A stretch of DNA of 63,977 bases, the filler included. It is 8 parts of 8 records of this genome, joined end to end, with 100 filler letters (N's around TTAATTAATTAA, not from the genome) between each part and the next. Parts side by side here need not be neighbours in the genome. Positions count along the whole stretch, not along the records: positions 57,016 to 63,977 come from SRR31156797_3757; 7 more parts are not named here. The stretch is one strand, 5' to 3'. Below are positions 61,174 to 63,977 of the stretch, one piece after another. The position numbers and the translations under genes were made by a program. Each line of letters begins with the position of its first letter. The stretch's first letter is position 1. The notes beneath the pieces are model-generated. The model was given only the letters and a program-made list of their open reading frames with translations, ran no database searches and was not told the DNA's origin.

Positions 61174-61923
61174 ATGCTTGATAAGAATCCAATTTATCAC
61201 TATATCTTTAATTTGAAATATGGAAAACCAAGAGGGCAATTACTTTCCAATAAAAATAAGCGTATTTACAACCGTATTTTAACAGAAGAACAAGCCACCA
61301 GTTGGGCAGAAATGTATTATGGGAAATGGTCTGAGGATTATAGCAGGGCTTTTGGTAGCGTATTTGGGGGCAACCTAGATTCTTATATGTTAGATTCGTG
61401 TTCAACTAATCCGATTGCAACGTATTGCGGATATTCTGGTTCGAAACTTAATAACTATATCAGAGGATATTCGGAGCAAATTTTTCTTCTTTATCCACCT
61501 TTTGACCCTGCAAGATTCAATGATACATTAACTACCCTGCTTGTTATGGCGCCTAGAATTCCAGAAGATATAGTCGTTTATCGTTATTTACCAGAAATAG
61601 CAATAGAATTAATTCTAAAATCAAACAAAAATGAGCCGTTTTATATAGATAAAAGCTTTATGAGCAGCTCCCTTATTTATGATCCACCAAATATGAAGGA
61701 TTTCAATCATGAGCATGTATTGGAAATTTTTGTTGATAAGGGGACAGTTGGTGTTTATACTAACTTAATTCCTGGATGTGGACGGGGAGAATGTGAATTG
61801 TTGATTTTAAGAAATTCGCTAATGTATTTACTAGATTATCCTTACAAGAGGAATGGACGAACTGTCTATCCAGTCAGATTGCACAATAATCCGGATAGTA
61901 GCGGCTATAATTACTTTGATTGA
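61174..61923 (+). CDS. ADP-ribosyltransferase, VIP2/C2-like (R-S-ExE clade), no signal peptide
   Basis: Y.G.....LNNYIRG, IPEDIVVYR, KSFMSSSL, VLEIFVDKG..G.Y, GECELLILRN. Confidence 0.88.
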   Translation: MLDKNPIYHYIFNLKYGKPRGQLLSNKNKRIYNRILTEEQATSWAEMYYGKWSEDYSRAFGSVFGGNLDSYMLDSCSTNPIATYCGYSGSKLNNYIRGYSEQIFLLYPPFDPARFNDTLTTLLVMAPRIPEDIVVYRYLPEIAIELILKSNKNEPFYIDKSFMSSSLIYDPPNMKDFNHEHVLEIFVDKGTVGVYTNLIPGCGRGECELLILRNSLMYLLDYPYKRNGRTVYPVRLHNNPDSSGYNYFD

Positions 61924-61980
61924 TTTATTAGTTGTATCCGAATAATTTCGAAGATATAAATGAATTACAACAATTTTTCC

Positions 61981-62115
61981 GTGGCAGAAGCACGTAGACA
62001 GCGGTAGGCTGGAAATCACCACCATCTGCAGGATATTTTCCTGAAGAAGTAAGCTACAGTGCCTTTGAAAGTGAATACGAATAAATTCTTGTAGATCCAA
62101 AGGACTTATCTTTTA
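61981..62115 (+). pseudogene. degenerate duplicate of the ssb 3' end
   Basis: VAEARRQR*AGN versus ssb VVEARRQRQAEN; 26-bp exact match between 60995-61020 and 62052-62077. Confidence 0.8.
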
Positions 62116-62121
62116 AAAAAA

Positions 62122-62173
62122 GTACTAACAACGTATAGACAAACGACGTTTTTGTTAGTACAATGTAGTTACA
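62122..62173 (+). promoter_or_regulatory. TA operon promoter with overlapping inverted repeats
   Basis: TAGACA-17-TACAAT (62136-62164); IR GTACTAACAA/TTGTTAGTAC; TGTAgtTACA. Confidence 0.65.
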
Positions 62174-62197
62174 AAAGAAAAATAGGAGGTCCTATCT

Positions 62198-62431
62198 ATG
62201 TCCCAATCAACGATTACTTTTAGAATACCGGATGATGAAAAAGAGTTGGTAGCTGAATATGCAAAAGCACATAACTCGTCATTAACAGAGCTATACAGAA
62301 CCGCAGTACTTGATAAAATTGAAGATGAGCTTGATTTAAAACAATTGAAAGAAGCAATGGCTCTTTCTAAGGAGAAAGAAGAGGTAGGTATTTCTCAATC
62401 TGCCATGGAGAAATTGTTGGATGAAGTATAG
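62198..62431 (+). CDS. RelB/DUF6290-type ribbon-helix-helix antitoxin
   Basis: TITFRIPDDEKELVAEYAK...VLDKIEDELDL; overlaps the toxin; SD GGAGG. Confidence 0.85.
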   Translation: MSQSTITFRIPDDEKELVAEYAKAHNSSLTELYRTAVLDKIEDELDLKQLKEAMALSKEKEEVGISQSAMEKLLDEV

Positions 62432-62690
62432 GGTTTTATATATGCCACAGGCACAAAAGCAACTGAAAAAAATGGACCGAAACCAAGCAAGAATTATAGT
62501 TGCTTGGATCAGAAAAAACTTAGAAGGAACAACTAATCCTCGTCAATTCGGAAAAGGACTTGTTGGAAACAGAAGTGGTGAATGGCGCTATCGTATAGGG
62601 AATTACCGGATACTAGCAAATATAAATGAATCTGACATAGTGATAGAAATCTTTTCGATTGGTCACAGAAGCATTATCTATAAAAAATAA
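62421..62690 (+). CDS. relE: RelE family toxin
   Basis: AQKQLKKMD, NPRQFGKGL.G, WRYRIGNYRI, IGHRSIIY. Confidence 0.92.
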   Translation: MKYRVLYMPQAQKQLKKMDRNQARIIVAWIRKNLEGTTNPRQFGKGLVGNRSGEWRYRIGNYRILANINESDIVIEIFSIGHRSIIYKK

Positions 62691-62742
62691 TACTTGTTCA
62701 TCATTTTAGATAAAACAAAAAAGTAGTATCCTGGTTAGGATG

Positions 62743-63210
62743 CTACTTTTTTCGTTGGAAATTTTTCATAATCATGCGATCTTTGCCTTCTAAAAAACTT
62801 TGAAAGTCGATCAGTTCCGTGCGTTTTTTCTTTAAAACAGAGTCTTGCATTGATTTGGGATAGGTGCCTTCTCGTTCAAAAATCAGATTCTCAATCACAT
62901 AAATTTTTTTGACAAGGTGATCCAGCTTTTGATATTCATTCGCGCGAAAAGCCGTATCCTTGGCTTTTCGTGCGATTTTTAATAGATAGTATAACGTTAA
63001 TGTCTTTTCTTGCATCAAATCCAGCGTCCCACGTTGTAATACCTCATTCTCATTTTCGAGGATGGGCAGTTCTTCCGGAATTTGAGAGGCTCTCCTATGA
63101 TCTGTAGAAACTTCTGAAGGGGAAAACCCTATTTGACAAAAGTCGCACATCAAATGGCTTGTTAGGGTCGTTCCGCAATATTTGCAGGTGTATACCGTTG
63201 TTTCATCCAT
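62743..63210 (-). CDS. hypothetical protein with N-terminal CxxC...CxxC zinc finger
   Basis: CKYC and CDFC; SD AAAGGAG. Confidence 0.7.
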   Translation of the reverse strand: MDETTVYTCKYCGTTLTSHLMCDFCQIGFSPSEVSTDHRRASQIPEELPILENENEVLQRGTLDLMQEKTLTLYYLLKIARKAKDTAFRANEYQKLDHLVKKIYVIENLIFEREGTYPKSMQDSVLKKKRTELIDFQSFLEGKDRMIMKNFQRKK

Positions 63211-63301
63211 TTTGATTTCTCCTTTAGAATAAGTATTGGATTTACGTGGCTATAGATTCTTCTATCTTAGTATAACTTACCAGCAGTTTGGGTTAAATAG
63301 T

Positions 63302-63940
63302 TCAGCCAAAAAGGATTGAAAAAGGGGTCTGCCAGGTTGAAAAAACCTCATTTGTCAGTGTATTCTTTACCTGGCATTTCGCTTTGATCCCAAGAATATA
63401 CAGTTGAACGTAACACATTAATAGGCACGTTTGATCCAAATCTTCACATTGGATGGTTAGTTTTGTCTGACTGTTGTACTCTTTATCCTTCAGAGCAGAG
63501 GCTAATGCGATTATCATGGATCCCGATCCGCAACAAGGTTCATAATAATGAATGCGACCCTTCTCTTCAATCTCGGCTATTATTGAAGGTAGGCTGAGTT
63601 CTGCCATCAGTCTAGCCACATGATTTGGTGTAAAACACTGGCCCATCGATTTATTGGCCAAACTAAGCTCCATGTAAATTTCTCCTAACCAGTCAATGGT
63701 TTCTGATTCCATAGCATGGACTAGAAGGTCAAGGCATTCACTGAAGGTTACAGCTTGTACCGTTGTGTACTTGGCTATTGTCTGAAGATATAAGGCCTCT
63801 CGTTCTTTCTGGTGCTTACGATCAAGTGTATTTGACAACGTATAGGCCATAAGATGGATCCAGTCGTTAAATACCCCACCAATTGAATTCTTTCCTGTGA
63901 TCGATTGCAGCTTATTGATGATTTCTTTCTTTTTGTTCAT
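63302..63940 (-). CDS. short N-6 DNA methylase-like protein (SAM-binding half only)
   Basis: DWLGEIYMEL, GQCFTP, YEPCCGSGSM, EDLD; ends WQTPF with no NPPY/F motif; SD GGAGG. Confidence 0.8.
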   Translation of the reverse strand: MNKKKEIINKLQSITGKNSIGGVFNDWIHLMAYTLSNTLDRKHQKEREALYLQTIAKYTTVQAVTFSECLDLLVHAMESETIDWLGEIYMELSLANKSMGQCFTPNHVARLMAELSLPSIIAEIEEKGRIHYYEPCCGSGSMIIALASALKDKEYNSQTKLTIQCEDLDQTCLLMCYVQLYILGIKAKCQVKNTLTNEVFSTWQTPFSILFG

Positions 63941-63977
63941 AAATTGACCTCCTTCAGAAAGGTTTTTGCCTTTCATT

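Larger units (their letters stand above)
57083..63977. mobile_element. end of an integrative element (ICE or integrated plasmid) inserted in tRNA-Lys
   Basis: att fragment next to RepA_N, DUF3991/toprim, ssb, TA pair and MTase-like gene; no integrase within the window. Confidence 0.75.

Noticed and set aside
61174-62690. ART plus relBE as one tripartite TA operon
   Set aside because: They are separated by ~270 bp containing the ssb relic and a separate promoter/operator, and the antitoxin is already paired with RelE.

Overview
This window is not one locus. It is eight unrelated contigs joined by seven identical 100-nt spacers (N44-TTAATTAATTAA-N44). Taxonomic labels below are inferences from gene content and sequence style. 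(1) 1-6348, GC-rich, Planctomycetota-like: LptD-like tail, fba, S41 protease, lysS, a REP-like doublet and a LolC/E-type permease with an odd N-terminal extension. (2) 6449-12074, Alphaproteobacteria-like: aldo/keto reductase tail, TetR, NAD-dependent epimerase, GNAT, divergent pxpA/pxpB and CYTH. (3) 12175-17317, deltaproteobacterial-like: liv-type ABC operon and acyl-CoA ligase start. (4) 17418-28919, Deferribacterota-like: tRNA-fMet 3' half, DMT, glgA, mrp, response regulator, thiS/thiF, comEC, dnaE, thiD. (5) 29020-38739, Desulfobacteraceae-like: bcsABZC cellulose operon behind a higB relic, DsrE and a REC-PAS protein. (6) 38840-50268, Bacteroidota PUL: GH28, susD, susC, an amber-interrupted fecR, ECF sigma, heparinase II/III-like lyase. 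(7) 50369-56915, Bacteroidota: desaturase, class V aminotransferase, tryptophanase-family lyase, GAF protein, DUF4870, hisS. (8) 57016-63977, Lactobacillales/Enterococcus-like: one end of an element integrated in tRNA-Lys(CTT). It carries RepA_N with iterons, a duplicated DUF3991/toprim protein with a lysozyme-like insert, ssb, a stand-alone signal-peptide-less R-S-ExE ADP-ribosyltransferase bracketed by a duplicated ssb 3' end, relBE, a Zn-finger protein and a half-size methyltransferase. The ADP-ribosyltransferase cassette on this element is the best candidate for an undescribed system. No CRISPR array or rRNA was seen.
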